From: an uncultured Gemmatimonadales bacterium
GTDB lineage: Bacteria; Gemmatimonadota; Gemmatimonadetes; JACCXV01; JAHWKZ01
DNA: 64,000 bases
Reading direction: 5' to 3'
Assembly (NCBI GenBank): GCA_964619975.1
Contig: CAZUIY010000327.1
Coordinates: 1,706 to 65,705 of the forward strand
Shown here: in pieces, positions 9,230 through 18,671 of the stretch
Layout: each line of letters starts with the position of its first letter
Numbering within the stretch: position 1 is the first letter of the stretch
Notes under the pieces: generated by a model
The model's input: only the letters and a program-made list of their open reading frames with translations
Told to the model about the DNA's origin: nothing
Database searches by the model: none
Made by a program: the position numbers and the translations under genes

Positions 9230-11769
9230 CAGACGCGCAGCCTCCCCCGCTGGGCCAGTTGCGCCGTAACAGCTTCCAGCGCCCACGCGCGGTCACTGTC
9301 CGTGCCCGACAGCCGCAGCCGGAACGCACCACCACTGGACCGCGGGCGCACGGTGCGGCTCATGCCGGCGGTCCACGTACCCGTGCTGCTGGCGGTGTCC
9401 GTGTCCACCGTCTCGGATGTGTTGCCGGTGTAGATCGTCCACGTCACGCTGCCGCTGTTCTGCGCCAGCTCGCCGATCAGCTTCTGGACGCTGCCCCGGT
9501 TCTCGTAGTTGCCGCCGTGCTGGATCGGGCCAATCTCGACGTGGCTTTCAATATCGGTCCCGTCATCCGTCTCGGCGTAGCGGTCGAACCAGCGCACGTA
9601 CCCGTCGCGGCAGCCCAGCAGCACGTCGCCGCCGTACTGGAGCAGACTCTGTGGCTCGTGGTCCTCGGCGCCGAACACCACCGGCCAGAACGACTGCGTA
9701 TCCTGCGCCCACCACCAGTGGTCGTGCTGGCCCTTGGAGTTGTCGCCACCGACGAGGAAGATGTGAACACCGCGGGCATTCACGTCGTACTCCATTGCGA
9801 CGCTGACCTGGACGTTCTTCAGTTCGTCCGGCAGACGGCTGTGGCTCATCAACTGCGGGGCGCTCAGGCCACCCGGCGGCAGCATGTACAGACCGTTCTC
9901 CGCGAGGAAGTAGATCTCGCTGTCCGCTCCCCGGCACCACGCATCGGCATTGACGATGCCCACGCTGCGGCTCAGGTTGTCGAGACGGCCATCCTGCATC
10001 GGGTCGCCCCGGAGCACGTACAGTTCCCGTCGAGCGGAAATCACGAGGTAGTCGTCGCCGACAGCGAACAGAGCCGTGATCGGCTGTCCGGGCACGCCCG
10101 TTTTCTGGCTGCTGGTACCGCTGACCGGCTTGCCAGCACCCGTTTGCCCCGTCTCCCAATCCGTCACATTGCCGGCCGCCGACATGTTCCACTGGTGGGG
10201 ATTGTCGGGGTCACCGGCCAGCACCAGGCGGTCAAGGTACGTCTCGACCAGCGGGCACCCGACCGGCACCTCGTTGGCCACGGCGCCGCTGGTCAGGATC
10301 GTCAGCGTGCCATCCGACGGGTTGTAGACCTTGGTCGCGCGGATGGCCCGGAACGTCAGGCTCGACAGGCTGTTTCCGGGAGACGTTGACAGCACCAGGC
10401 TGGTGCCACTCACGCTGCTGATCTGGTACGTCCCGAGCGCGGCGCCAGCGCCAGCCGTGATATCCACCACAAAGTCGTTGGCGTTGACGCCTGCCGTCTC
10501 CCAGTTGCCCACGCTGGAACTGGTGAGCGTGGTACCGGGGCTGCTACTGGTCGCCCCGTCGGTGCCCTCGATCCCATCCGAGTTGTCCGCGATGTAGAGC
10601 TTCTGGCCGATCTCGGTAGCGCGGATGCGGCGATCCGTCGCCGTGCGCAGGCTGGTGCTCACCGCCGTGAAGCCGCCCAGCGCCGGCCGACTGTAGAGCC
10701 GACCGCCGGACAGCGCGACCACCTGTGACTCGTGATCCTCGTGCGCGGTAGACGGCTTGTACGCCACCTCGATCTTGCGCACCTTCAACTCGTCCACATC
10801 CTCGTCGTCCGGCTCCAACGAGAAGCCGAATGACTGCTGCGACCCCTGCCCGGAACTAGCGGCGAACGAACTCTTGAGCGTGTTGCCCAACCAGTAGGCG
10901 CTGACGGCGTTGTTGCTGACTTCCACCCGGAACCAGCCCGGCTTGACGCCTGCGTTGCCGGTGCTCAGGGTGTCGCTCGATACCAGCGAACTACTGTGGT
11001 AGTCCTTGATCGTCCCGCTGTACGCGCCCGTGTCCGACAGCGCCAGCTTCACCTCGACGCCGCTGGTGGTGACGCTCGGGCTGTTGTTTTCCATCCGGCA
11101 ACGGATGTGGTACGTGCCGCCGAACGCACCGTTCACGGGCGTGATGTACAGGCTGATCGCATAGTCGTTGCCGCTGCCGGTCGCGATTGTCTGGCTGGCG
11201 AGGATGCTCACCGGGCTGCCGCCCTGCGAGATGTCCACCGAGGTCATGTCCATGCCGACTTTCGTCGCGTGAACCTCGAACCCGCTGCACGTCACCAGCC
11301 ACGCGAACACCGCGCACGACAGCGCGATCCAGAACCACTGCATCTGCGGAAGCGCCCCCTGTCCCATCGCGATCAGGGCCAGTTCGGGCGGCAGCACACA
11401 CAGGGGCGCGTTGTAGCAGGCGCTGCTGGACACCCCCTCCTCGCCCGTCAACACAGTCGGGAGAGCGTCATCGGCACTGCCGACCGTCCAGCCGCTGCCG
11501 ATGTTCGAGAAGTTGTCCACCCACTGGACGACGCCCTGACGCGCCCACGTCACCTTCCACAGGCCGCGAACCGGACTCCCGCTGTCGAGTTGGTCGTATT
11601 CCCACTTCGACAGTCCCGGCCGGGAGCCCCCTCGTTGACGACGCTTGAACACATCGTCGGGGCGCACGTTCTGCGCCTCGTCGCAGGTATAGGGCGGCTG
11701 CGACTGATAGCTGCGCCGTCGATCCAGACCGGCCAGCGGGAACTGCAACTGGATCGTGCGCTTCTTCAT
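9229..11769 (-). CDS. Large tail/nozzle-type virion protein (846 aa)
   Basis: ORF 9229..11772. ATG at 11769 overlaps the upstream TGA (TGATG). Size, beta-rich composition and position resemble tail tubular/nozzle proteins of podoviruses. Function inferred from synteny only. Confidence 0.6.
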   Translation of the reverse strand: MKKRTIQLQFPLAGLDRRRSYQSQPPYTCDEAQNVRPDDVFKRRQRGGSRPGLSKWEYDQLDSGSPVRGLWKVTWARQGVVQWVDNFSNIGSGWTVGSADDALPTVLTGEEGVSSSACYNAPLCVLPPELALIAMGQGALPQMQWFWIALSCAVFAWLVTCSGFEVHATKVGMDMTSVDISQGGSPVSILASQTIATGSGNDYAISLYITPVNGAFGGTYHIRCRMENNSPSVTTSGVEVKLALSDTGAYSGTIKDYHSSSLVSSDTLSTGNAGVKPGWFRVEVSNNAVSAYWLGNTLKSSFAASSGQGSQQSFGFSLEPDDEDVDELKVRKIEVAYKPSTAHEDHESQVVALSGGRLYSRPALGGFTAVSTSLRTATDRRIRATEIGQKLYIADNSDGIEGTDGATSSSPGTTLTSSSVGNWETAGVNANDFVVDITAGAGAALGTYQISSVSGTSLVLSTSPGNSLSSLTFRAIRATKVYNPSDGTLTILTSGAVANEVPVGCPLVETYLDRLVLAGDPDNPHQWNMSAAGNVTDWETGQTGAGKPVSGTSSQKTGVPGQPITALFAVGDDYLVISARRELYVLRGDPMQDGRLDNLSRSVGIVNADAWCRGADSEIYFLAENGLYMLPPGGLSAPQLMSHSRLPDELKNVQVSVAMEYDVNARGVHIFLVGGDNSKGQHDHWWWAQDTQSFWPVVFGAEDHEPQSLLQYGGDVLLGCRDGYVRWFDRYAETDDGTDIESHVEIGPIQHGGNYENRGSVQKLIGELAQNSGSVTWTIYTGNTSETVDTDTASSTGTWTAGMSRTVRPRSSGGAFRLRLSGTDSDRAWALEAVTAQLAQRGRLRV

Positions 11770-11969
11770 CAATCCTCGACGATCTCGGGGATTGCGTCAT
11801 AAAGCGGCGTCTCCACCACTTTGCGGTTGCCGTCCGCATCACGAACGTACCGGCCGTTCTCATCCGTCTCGTAGCGCACCAGCAAGTCGCCATCGTCATC
11901 GAGCACATACTGGCCATCCAGCGAACTGACGAGGTTCGCGCCAGCAGACATCCACTTCGGGTAGGGCAT
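11769..11969 (-). CDS. Small acidic virion-module protein (66 aa)
   Basis: ORF track. Its stop is coupled to the downstream start. Confidence 0.6.
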   Translation of the reverse strand: MPYPKWMSAGANLVSSLDGQYVLDDDGDLLVRYETDENGRYVRDADGNRKVVETPLYDAIPEIVED

Positions 11970-11993
11970 CTGGCTCTCCTTGTGCTGCGAGGT

Positions 11994-12233
11994 TTACACC
12001 TCGGCGGGTACTTCGGCGGGCTCCTCGACGGGAAGGTTCTCCCGTCGCCGTTCGGCGTCGGCCGCGATGATGTCCCGCATGTTTTCCAGTTCAGCGATCC
12101 CGCCGTTGAGCGTCTGCACATGGCCCAGGTGAGTCTCCCGGGCCTGTTTCAGCAGATCAATGCGGGCCTGAACGTCGTCAACGGTCACGTTCATCGAGTT
12201 CGGCGAGTTCGCCGATTCGCTTCTTTCGCTCAT
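11994..12233 (-). CDS. Small coiled-coil protein (79 aa)
   Basis: Internal start MSERSES at 12233 preceded by GGAG plus 4 nt. Overlaps the 3' end of the upstream gene by 56 nt, so the start is uncertain; an alternative ATG lies at 12194. Confidence 0.5.
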   Translation of the reverse strand: MSERSESANSPNSMNVTVDDVQARIDLLKQARETHLGHVQTLNGGIAELENMRDIIAADAERRRENLPVEEPAEVPAEV

Positions 12234-12579
12234 GGTTCTCCAGTCCCTTGATGGTGATGCCCTTCGCGAGCATTCGCTTCTCCAGCCACAGCGGCGGGCG
12301 ACCACGAGGTCGCTTGACCTTGCCGCCGAACGGCCCGTCCACCTCGATCATCTCGTCACAGTCCCACGCCCACTTCGGCGTGAACTCGAACGTCTGGAGC
12401 AGATCGAAGCCGGTCATCTCCTCCAGTGCGCGGGCCATGCAGCACACGCGCAGGACGACCATGCGCCCGAGGGCGTCGTTCCACTTCTTGAGCGTCATCG
12501 GGATCGAGCAGTCGCAGTAGCGGTGGTCCTTGTGGAACGCCTGCTCGAACTTCGTGACGGTGCCATTGAATTGCAGCAC
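12178..12579 (-). CDS. Hypothetical Cys-rich protein (133 aa) with basic C-terminus
   Basis: ORF track. Plausible composition. Lies in the operon. Confidence 0.65.
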   Translation of the reverse strand: MLQFNGTVTKFEQAFHKDHRYCDCSIPMTLKKWNDALGRMVVLRVCCMARALEEMTGFDLLQTFEFTPKWAWDCDEMIEVDGPFGGKVKRPRGRPPLWLEKRMLAKGITIKGLENHERKKRIGELAELDERDR

Positions 12580-12589
12580 TGGTTCCTCC

Positions 12590-13681
12590 TCAGGTCGTCA
12601 ACTGGTTGGCGGTGCCGCCGGTGCCGGTCAGGAAGAACAGTTCGTCGTCGTCCGTCTCGAAGTCGGCGTAGAGATGGCCGGCATTGGCGCCCGTACCAGT
12701 CGGCGCAGTGCCCGTGGACTTCATCGACAGGTAGTCCGTGCCAACCGTGCTGCCCGGCTGGACTGTGGTGCCGAGTTGCAGCACGCTGATCCCGCCGGTG
12801 ATGTTCACCAGCCCCTCGGCGCCGGCCGTACCGCCGCTGGACGCGCCACCAGCACCCGGCACGAGGTTGATCTTGCCGCCAGCGCCGCCGTCTCCCGAGC
12901 CGGCCGAGGCCGCACCACCGGCACCGGCCGTGATCGTGATGGCTCCACCGGCACCGGCCGCATGGGCGCCCGTCGAGTCGGTATCGCCGCCAGCACCGGC
13001 CGTGAGGGCGAACGCGCCACCCGCGCCACCAACCTGACCCGTGGCACCACCCGTATTCGCACCACCAGCACCGCTGATGATCGACAGCGCGCCACCAGCA
13101 CCGCATGCGACCGCGTTGGCAGCAGAGGCACCGTCACCAGTCTTGAGGTTGAGCAGGCCACCCGCCCGAGCGGCGGTCGGCGTGGCACCGGCGTCCTCCG
13201 TCTCGATGTAGACGCCGTTGCCAGCGGTGTCGGTCTCTGCCGCGAAGCCGCTGATAGCCGCGTTGTCGAGCTGGAGCGCATCCACGGCGTTCAACGCCAG
13301 CGTCATCGGATCCGTCGAGCCGATGCGGAGGTCGCCGCCGTGAACAACCGATCCGTCCGCGTCCAGAACCAGCGCCTTGGAGTCCGCCGCCGTGCCGGCT
13401 GTCACGCCGGACAGGTAGGCGTTCTCCGTGATGTTGTAGTCGATCGCCGTCCACGTCGCGGTCGTCTTGGTGCCCGTGTTGAGGTAGCGGTACGTTGCCT
13501 CGTCGCTGCCGTCGGTGTGGTGCCAGATGGCACCCGGCGCGAACCCCTCCACCGTGATCCCGCCGATCTGGCCGACAGTCTTTCCCCAGCCGCGAAGGTA
13601 TCCCTCCGGCGTGAGTTCGGCCCGCCCCTCGGACGTGAGCGGAGAGTTTTCCAGCAGATACTGCGCGTCATGCCCGGGCAT
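12590..13681 (-). CDS. Glycine-rich repeat protein (363 aa), putative head fibre/decoration or tail fibre
   Basis: Start MPGHDAQ at 13681 preceded by AAGGAGG. The central part (about 12794-13168) is built of GAGG-containing repeats (GAGGALSIISGAGGANTGG..GAGGAFALTAGAGG..GAGGAITITAGAGG..). Confidence 0.7.
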   Translation of the reverse strand: MPGHDAQYLLENSPLTSEGRAELTPEGYLRGWGKTVGQIGGITVEGFAPGAIWHHTDGSDEATYRYLNTGTKTTATWTAIDYNITENAYLSGVTAGTAADSKALVLDADGSVVHGGDLRIGSTDPMTLALNAVDALQLDNAAISGFAAETDTAGNGVYIETEDAGATPTAARAGGLLNLKTGDGASAANAVACGAGGALSIISGAGGANTGGATGQVGGAGGAFALTAGAGGDTDSTGAHAAGAGGAITITAGAGGAASAGSGDGGAGGKINLVPGAGGASSGGTAGAEGLVNITGGISVLQLGTTVQPGSTVGTDYLSMKSTGTAPTGTGANAGHLYADFETDDDELFFLTGTGGTANQLTT

Positions 13682-13692
13682 GGGAGCCTCCT

Positions 13693-14673
13693 TCAGTACT
13701 GGACGCCATCCCACGTCACACGGGTGTGGTAACGCGGGTCGTAGCCGTTGCGTGAATCAGAGTGGTCCGTCATCGGACCGAGGTTTTCCGCCGAGTAGCC
13801 GTGCTGCATGTCGCGCTGGATTGAGCGCTGCAACCGCTGCTCGTACATCTGCGTGTACATCCCGAGTTCGTCGTCCCCGTACAACTCGGCCTTCGCCAGA
13901 CACGAGAGCTTGATCGTCTCGCTGTGCTGCATCCCGCCGAGGTGATAGGCCAGCGAACTCGTCAGCTTGTCGGGGTTGACGCGCTGCCAGAACCAGACCG
14001 TGTAGTCCTGATCCGGCTCCGGCCACACGCGCAGTTCCGCCCGCTGCCCCGCCGCGTTGGTGGACGTTTTCCACGCAATAGCCGCGATGCGAGGCTCGCC
14101 GGTCGCCGTGTCCAGCGAGTGATTCGACACCACCTCGCTTGCGTTGCTCAGGCGGATCCGCCCGTAGCGGTTCTCGCTGCTGTCGTATTCGAGGAACGTT
14201 CCCTCGATGCCGGCGAACGCATCCTCCAGCTGGTAGATGCCGCCCTCCGCGTCGATGCTGAACGTCTTGCTGGTGCAGGTTGCGTTGCCGCTGACCGAGA
14301 TGACCGTGCTGCTGGTGTAGCCGGTGATCGTGAACGTGCCGATGTCCGTGATGACGATGCTGCGGCCGATCATCGTGGCGTAGAACGGCGTGCCGCCCGA
14401 GGCCGTGACGGTCGTCGTGCCCGCCGAGTGAACACCCGTCACCGTCACGTCTGCATCCACGGCCACATCGGACCACAGGACGATCGACGTGATGTGCTTG
14501 AGGAACGACCAGTCGTGCGCCGTGTAGAACTCACGGATGCCCGACTGGAGTACTTCCTCCACGCGATCCGTTTCGTCGCTGGTCCATGCCGCCGTGTCGC
14601 GCCCGAACCCGAGGAAATCCCCGACAGCCACTTGAAGCGTGGTGAACGTTGCTGAGAGTGTGCTTTCAGCCAT
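13693..14673 (-). CDS. Virion protein (326 aa), adaptor/tail-proximal position
   Basis: ORF track. Lies between capsid-associated and fibre genes. Confidence 0.7.
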   Translation of the reverse strand: MAESTLSATFTTLQVAVGDFLGFGRDTAAWTSDETDRVEEVLQSGIREFYTAHDWSFLKHITSIVLWSDVAVDADVTVTGVHSAGTTTVTASGGTPFYATMIGRSIVITDIGTFTITGYTSSTVISVSGNATCTSKTFSIDAEGGIYQLEDAFAGIEGTFLEYDSSENRYGRIRLSNASEVVSNHSLDTATGEPRIAAIAWKTSTNAAGQRAELRVWPEPDQDYTVWFWQRVNPDKLTSSLAYHLGGMQHSETIKLSCLAKAELYGDDELGMYTQMYEQRLQRSIQRDMQHGYSAENLGPMTDHSDSRNGYDPRYHTRVTWDGVQY

Positions 14674-14706
14674 CGGGGACTCCCTGCGGGCTCAGGGGAC
14701 GGACGA

Positions 14707-15552
14707 TCAGGCAGCGGCTTCGGTCGCCTGGTAGCAGGCCACCCAGTCCCAGTGGACGGGATGGCTGGCGTTGGTGGCCTGCTTCACCGACAGGATCGGA
14801 CTCATCCGCTCGTCGTCGGGGAACGTCGCCGCAGCGATGTTGGCCCCCGTGACGTAGGTCGAGATGGGCGCGCCGTTGACGTAGATCGTGATGCGCTTGT
14901 CGGTGGACGCCTTCGGATCGAACACGAACCCGAGGTTGACCGCAGTGGCCGCCGAAAGGGACGTGACCGCCGCGACCGCCGTGGTGAGAGCGCCGCCGTC
15001 CGCCTTGTAGACGAACTTGATGTTGTCGCCATCGTCCTCGTCCAGCCAGAAGCCGATCAGCGCCTGGTCAGCGAAGTCGTTGCCGTCATCCGCCATCCAC
15101 GAGTTGGCCGCCGAACCCTGCTCCGCGAGCCCCATGAAGGCGCCCTTCTGCGTGTTGGCTACCGTCGTCGCCTCGAAGCGGCACTCGAAGAACAGCTTGT
15201 ACTGGCTGCCCACCGTGTCGCCGATCTGGAACGGGGCGCTGTTGGCGTCCCCGTACTGGATCGAGGCCTCGAGGTTGTCCGACGTGGTGCCGGTGTACGA
15301 CAGCCGGCCACCGAACGTGTCGGACGGCGCCAGCGTGACGCTGGTGTCCTCGTAGCCGTTCCACCCGCCGGACTTGCCGGAGTGCGCACCGACGTTCGAG
15401 ACGACGTAGTGGTTGAACCCCACGAAGTCCTCGAAGAAGCCGATGTAGTCCATCGGGTTGCCCCCACCCATCGGGAAGGAGCGGTTCCAGACCTCGCCGA
15501 AGATGATCGGGGAGGGCCGGTTTGCGCTGTTTGCGCCGTGGTAACGTGGCAT
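14707..15552 (-). CDS. Beta-rich capsid-associated protein (281 aa), candidate decoration/cement protein
   Basis: ORF track. Immediately downstream of the major capsid gene. Function inferred from position. Confidence 0.65.
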   Translation of the reverse strand: MPRYHGANSANRPSPIIFGEVWNRSFPMGGGNPMDYIGFFEDFVGFNHYVVSNVGAHSGKSGGWNGYEDTSVTLAPSDTFGGRLSYTGTTSDNLEASIQYGDANSAPFQIGDTVGSQYKLFFECRFEATTVANTQKGAFMGLAEQGSAANSWMADDGNDFADQALIGFWLDEDDGDNIKFVYKADGGALTTAVAAVTSLSAATAVNLGFVFDPKASTDKRITIYVNGAPISTYVTGANIAAATFPDDERMSPILSVKQATNASHPVHWDWVACYQATEAAA

Positions 15553-15577
15553 ATCAATTTCCTCCTTCGATCATGGA

Positions 15578-16642
15578 TCAGGCGCGGTAGCCGACGGCCT
15601 GGTGACGGACGTTCTCGCACACCCAGTTGAACGTGGTGTCCACGTGGAACTCGGTGACCGTGTGCTGCCGACTGGCGCGCGGAATGACGGTCTCCTTCAT
15701 GAAGCGGTTCTTCAGGATGCGCGTCCCGAACTTGTTCAGGTCGAGCATGTAGATCGGGTCCGTCAGCGACGAGTCGCGCAGCTTCGGCACCTGGATCACC
15801 GGGTAACCGCGGAAGAACACCATGCCCTGCCCGGTGCGCGTGAAGCCCTGCGTCTTGCCGCCGAAGGTGGCGAGGTCCGCGCCCAGGTTCTCGTTCTGCG
15901 CGTCCAGCATTTCCTCCATCTGGACGATGGTGTCGGTGTTCACCATCACGAAGCAGTAGCGGTCACCCTTGCGGTCGTAGCCGGGAATCTCCGTCGGCGG
16001 GCGCCAGTTGGTCCGGTACTGCGCCGTGCGCATCTTGCGGACCAGCGACGCGACGCTGAACGCCGAGTAGGTGAAGGTCCAGTTGTTCCACGACGAGACG
16101 CTGCTGGCGTCGATGCCGCCCTTGTCGCTGTGGCCCGACGGGTTGCCGCCGTTGAACCCGTCGCTCGCGTTGTCCGTCACCCAGTAGGGGATGCCGAACG
16201 CGTTGTCGCTGCCGTCCGCCGGAGACGACCACAGTTGCGTCTCCATCAGCTCGGCCAGGTCGATCATCGCGCCAGCGCGACGGGTAGCGACGAGTTCGAC
16301 GATGCGATGCGGCTCACTCGCATTCATCATCACTTCGATCTCGTCGATCGCGTAGTTGACGGTCGAGTGACGCCACTCCACCTCGCCGTTCGTCAGGTTC
16401 GGACGGACATCCACGTCATCGGTTGCCCCGATGCCGGTCATCTTCGCCGCGCCGGACGTGGACGTGATGGCGTTGAAGCGCCCCTTCGTGCCGCCCTGGT
16501 ACCGCCGGTTCTCCTTCCGCATGAAGGTGTCGGCCAGGTACCACTCGAAATTCGACGCCAGGTCCTCGAACTTGTTCGGACCCAGGTGATCCTGCGTTGC
16601 GACCAACAGGTCGGCAATGTCAGATGCCTGCTGAACTGGCAT
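15578..16642 (-). CDS. Major capsid protein (354 aa)
   Basis: ORF track. GGGAGG SD. Directly follows the acidic scaffold gene and portal. Size typical of capsid proteins. No search was run. Confidence 0.65.
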   Translation of the reverse strand: MPVQQASDIADLLVATQDHLGPNKFEDLASNFEWYLADTFMRKENRRYQGGTKGRFNAITSTSGAAKMTGIGATDDVDVRPNLTNGEVEWRHSTVNYAIDEIEVMMNASEPHRIVELVATRRAGAMIDLAELMETQLWSSPADGSDNAFGIPYWVTDNASDGFNGGNPSGHSDKGGIDASSVSSWNNWTFTYSAFSVASLVRKMRTAQYRTNWRPPTEIPGYDRKGDRYCFVMVNTDTIVQMEEMLDAQNENLGADLATFGGKTQGFTRTGQGMVFFRGYPVIQVPKLRDSSLTDPIYMLDLNKFGTRILKNRFMKETVIPRASRQHTVTEFHVDTTFNWVCENVRHQAVGYRA

Positions 16643-16731
16643 GTACGCCTCCCGCGCCGTAGCGCTTCACGGTGCGGGACGCGTGGTTGACCACCTCTCC
16701 CGTCTCCTTGTTCTGGTTGTGTTGCTGCGAC

Positions 16732-17961
16732 CTACTTCCAGCCCTTCTCGCTCATCCACGCACTGACGCCCTTGGCGGCCCGATCCAGACGCTCATCCTC
16801 GGAGACATCGGGGTCGCTGGTGCGAACAGACGTTTCCCGCTGGGCCGGTCGCAGTGTCCGGCGGCGGCGAGCCTTGTTCAGCTTGTCGCTGTCCTTCTTC
16901 TTCTTGCTGCTGGTTTCCGACTGTTCCGACTTCTTGCGGGCGTCCTTGCCGAACAGGGCTTCGGCCGCTTCCCGCCATGCGACATCCAGCGGCACCTCGT
17001 TGGCCGCCGCGATGGCGTATGCCTTCTCGTTGATCTTGAGCAGGTTCTTCCCCACCTCGCTGTCGGGGTGGTTCGTGAACGGGCTGCCGTTGCCGACGAA
17101 CGGCTCGTACTCGCTGCCGAGGCCCGACATCGACCGCTCGAAGCGGGTCATGTGCAGATTGTTGTGCAGCTGGTCGATCTGGCTGCGGGCCTGCTTGTCG
17201 CGCTCGGAGTAGTGGGCGTTGATCTTCTTGAGCAGTTCCCGCTCGCGCTTCGTCCGCTCGCCGTGATGACTGTTCATCTTCTGGAGCACCGAGCGGAGGG
17301 CCTTGCCGGCGTCCGGGTCCATCTCGTCGATGGCGGTCATGTCGTCGCCGAAGTCGAAGTCGGGCGCGTCCTTGTCGAGCGCTTCCAGCTCCTTCTCGAT
17401 GTCCAGTTCCGCGGCCGGTTCCGGCTGCTTGCGGTCGCCCTTGTCGGTCGCGTCGTCCTTGCCGGCCGGATCGCCGTCGGACTTCTGCGTTTCGCGTTCC
17501 ACGAGCGCTGCCAGCGCCTTGTCGCCCATGTCCGCGATGACATCAGGGTCGAAGCCGAGGTCTTCCGCGCGCAGTTCCAGCCGCATCCGATCGCGACTGA
17601 TCGGAGCCTCGTTCCGCGGCGTGTCGTCGTCGCTGTCATCGGCATCCGATTCGTCCGCGTCGTCGTCGGCATCCTCGTCATCGGCATCGTCGGCGTCGTC
17701 ATCCTCCTCGTCGCCAGTCTCGCCAGCATCGTCCGGCTGGTCTGCGGACTTCTGCTCGACTTCGGCCTCGTACTCGTCTTCCGACAGGTCATCCGCGCCA
17801 GACGCCGGGGTCGCAGCGGGCTTCGATTCCGCCTCGTCGGCAGGGCCCTCCTCCATGCGAATGCCGGCATCCTTGAACTGGTCAAGGTAGGCATCGGTTG
17901 CGGCCTTCATCGCGTTCGAGTCCGGCAGCGCCTGGGTTTCTTCGGTGTCGGGGTGCGGCAT
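16732..17961 (-). CDS. Scaffolding protein (409 aa, highly acidic)
   Basis: Start MPHPDTEE at 17961 after AAGGAGG. Long Asp/Glu runs and helical heptad-like segments. Portal-scaffold-capsid order. Confidence 0.6.
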   Translation of the reverse strand: MPHPDTEETQALPDSNAMKAATDAYLDQFKDAGIRMEEGPADEAESKPAATPASGADDLSEDEYEAEVEQKSADQPDDAGETGDEEDDDADDADDEDADDDADESDADDSDDDTPRNEAPISRDRMRLELRAEDLGFDPDVIADMGDKALAALVERETQKSDGDPAGKDDATDKGDRKQPEPAAELDIEKELEALDKDAPDFDFGDDMTAIDEMDPDAGKALRSVLQKMNSHHGERTKRERELLKKINAHYSERDKQARSQIDQLHNNLHMTRFERSMSGLGSEYEPFVGNGSPFTNHPDSEVGKNLLKINEKAYAIAAANEVPLDVAWREAAEALFGKDARKKSEQSETSSKKKKDSDKLNKARRRRTLRPAQRETSVRTSDPDVSEDERLDRAAKGVSAWMSEKGWK

Positions 17962-17974
17962 GATTGCCTCCTTG

Positions 17975-18331
17975 TCAGTCCGGGGCTCGCTCGCTGTAGC
18001 CCGCGTTACGGTCATGGAATCCCATCAGCGCAAGGTGCTGCCGCTTGTGGGTCTTGTCCCGGTAGACGGGCTGTCCGTTCCGGTATTCAGTCGGCACACC
18101 GCAGGCATCGCACTTCTTCATCATCAGCACCGAGTCCTCGGCGTTGACTTCGAGGGCGGTGCCAAGCTGCGGCCAGTTGCCGGGAGTTGCGCGATACCCG
18201 CGTTGCTCGGCAACCACGTCACGGCGATAGACCACGCCACCCCGTTCGATGGACGCGGGACGCTCCTCGTGAATCGAGAACACTTCCTCGATGGTCACGC
18301 CGTCATCGGATGTGAAGCAGTAGACCGGCAT
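17975..18331 (-). CDS. Hypothetical protein (118 aa)
   Basis: C-terminal part of ORF 17975..18661. Start MPVYCFTSDDG at 18331 abuts the upstream stop at 18333. The N-terminal part of the tracked ORF is an Arg-rich shadow. Confidence 0.6.
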   Translation of the reverse strand: MPVYCFTSDDGVTIEEVFSIHEERPASIERGGVVYRRDVVAEQRGYRATPGNWPQLGTALEVNAEDSVLMMKKCDACGVPTEYRNGQPVYRDKTHKRQHLALMGFHDRNAGYSERAPD

Positions 18332-18332
18332 G

Positions 18333-18668
18333 TCACTTGCTCTTGCTGGTGGCCTTGGTCTTTTCTTCCTCGCGCATCTTGCGGACCCGCTCACGCTCGC
18401 GAGCCGGCTCCATCTTCTCCTCGTGACGCACCCACCACGCCGCGCGCCTGGCGTGGGTCGCGTACGTGCCGACGAGTTCGCTGGCCTTCGACCACGAGAA
18501 GCAGTGGTCGTGCTTTTCGACCTTCGGGAAGCGGGCGTTGCCCTCCGCGTCGGCCGTCGGCGCATGTCGCTTGCACAGGCCGTTCTCGTGCCACCCGCAG
18601 GAATGGCAGAAGGGAAACTCCTCCAGTTCATTCTCGTTCGGAAACACAATCGGTTCGTCATTCGGCAT
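18333..18668 (-). CDS. Cys/His-rich small protein (111 aa) with Lys/Glu-rich tail
   Basis: ORF track. Contains CHSCGW..C..H. Confidence 0.6.
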   Translation of the reverse strand: MPNDEPIVFPNENELEEFPFCHSCGWHENGLCKRHAPTADAEGNARFPKVEKHDHCFSWSKASELVGTYATHARRAAWWVRHEEKMEPARERERVRKMREEEKTKATSKSK

Positions 18669-18671
18669 TGA

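Noticed and set aside
7991-9433. Long plus-strand ORFs opposite the virion genes (7991..9433, 6927..8042, 9259..10389, 10996..11802, 12530..13732, 13924..14655, 14752..15630, 15602..16690, 16672..18147, 19002..20495, 20516..22045)
   Set aside because: All are antisense shadows of convincing structural genes. Their products are dominated by Arg, Ala, Gly, Val and Leu, and they lack SD/start support.
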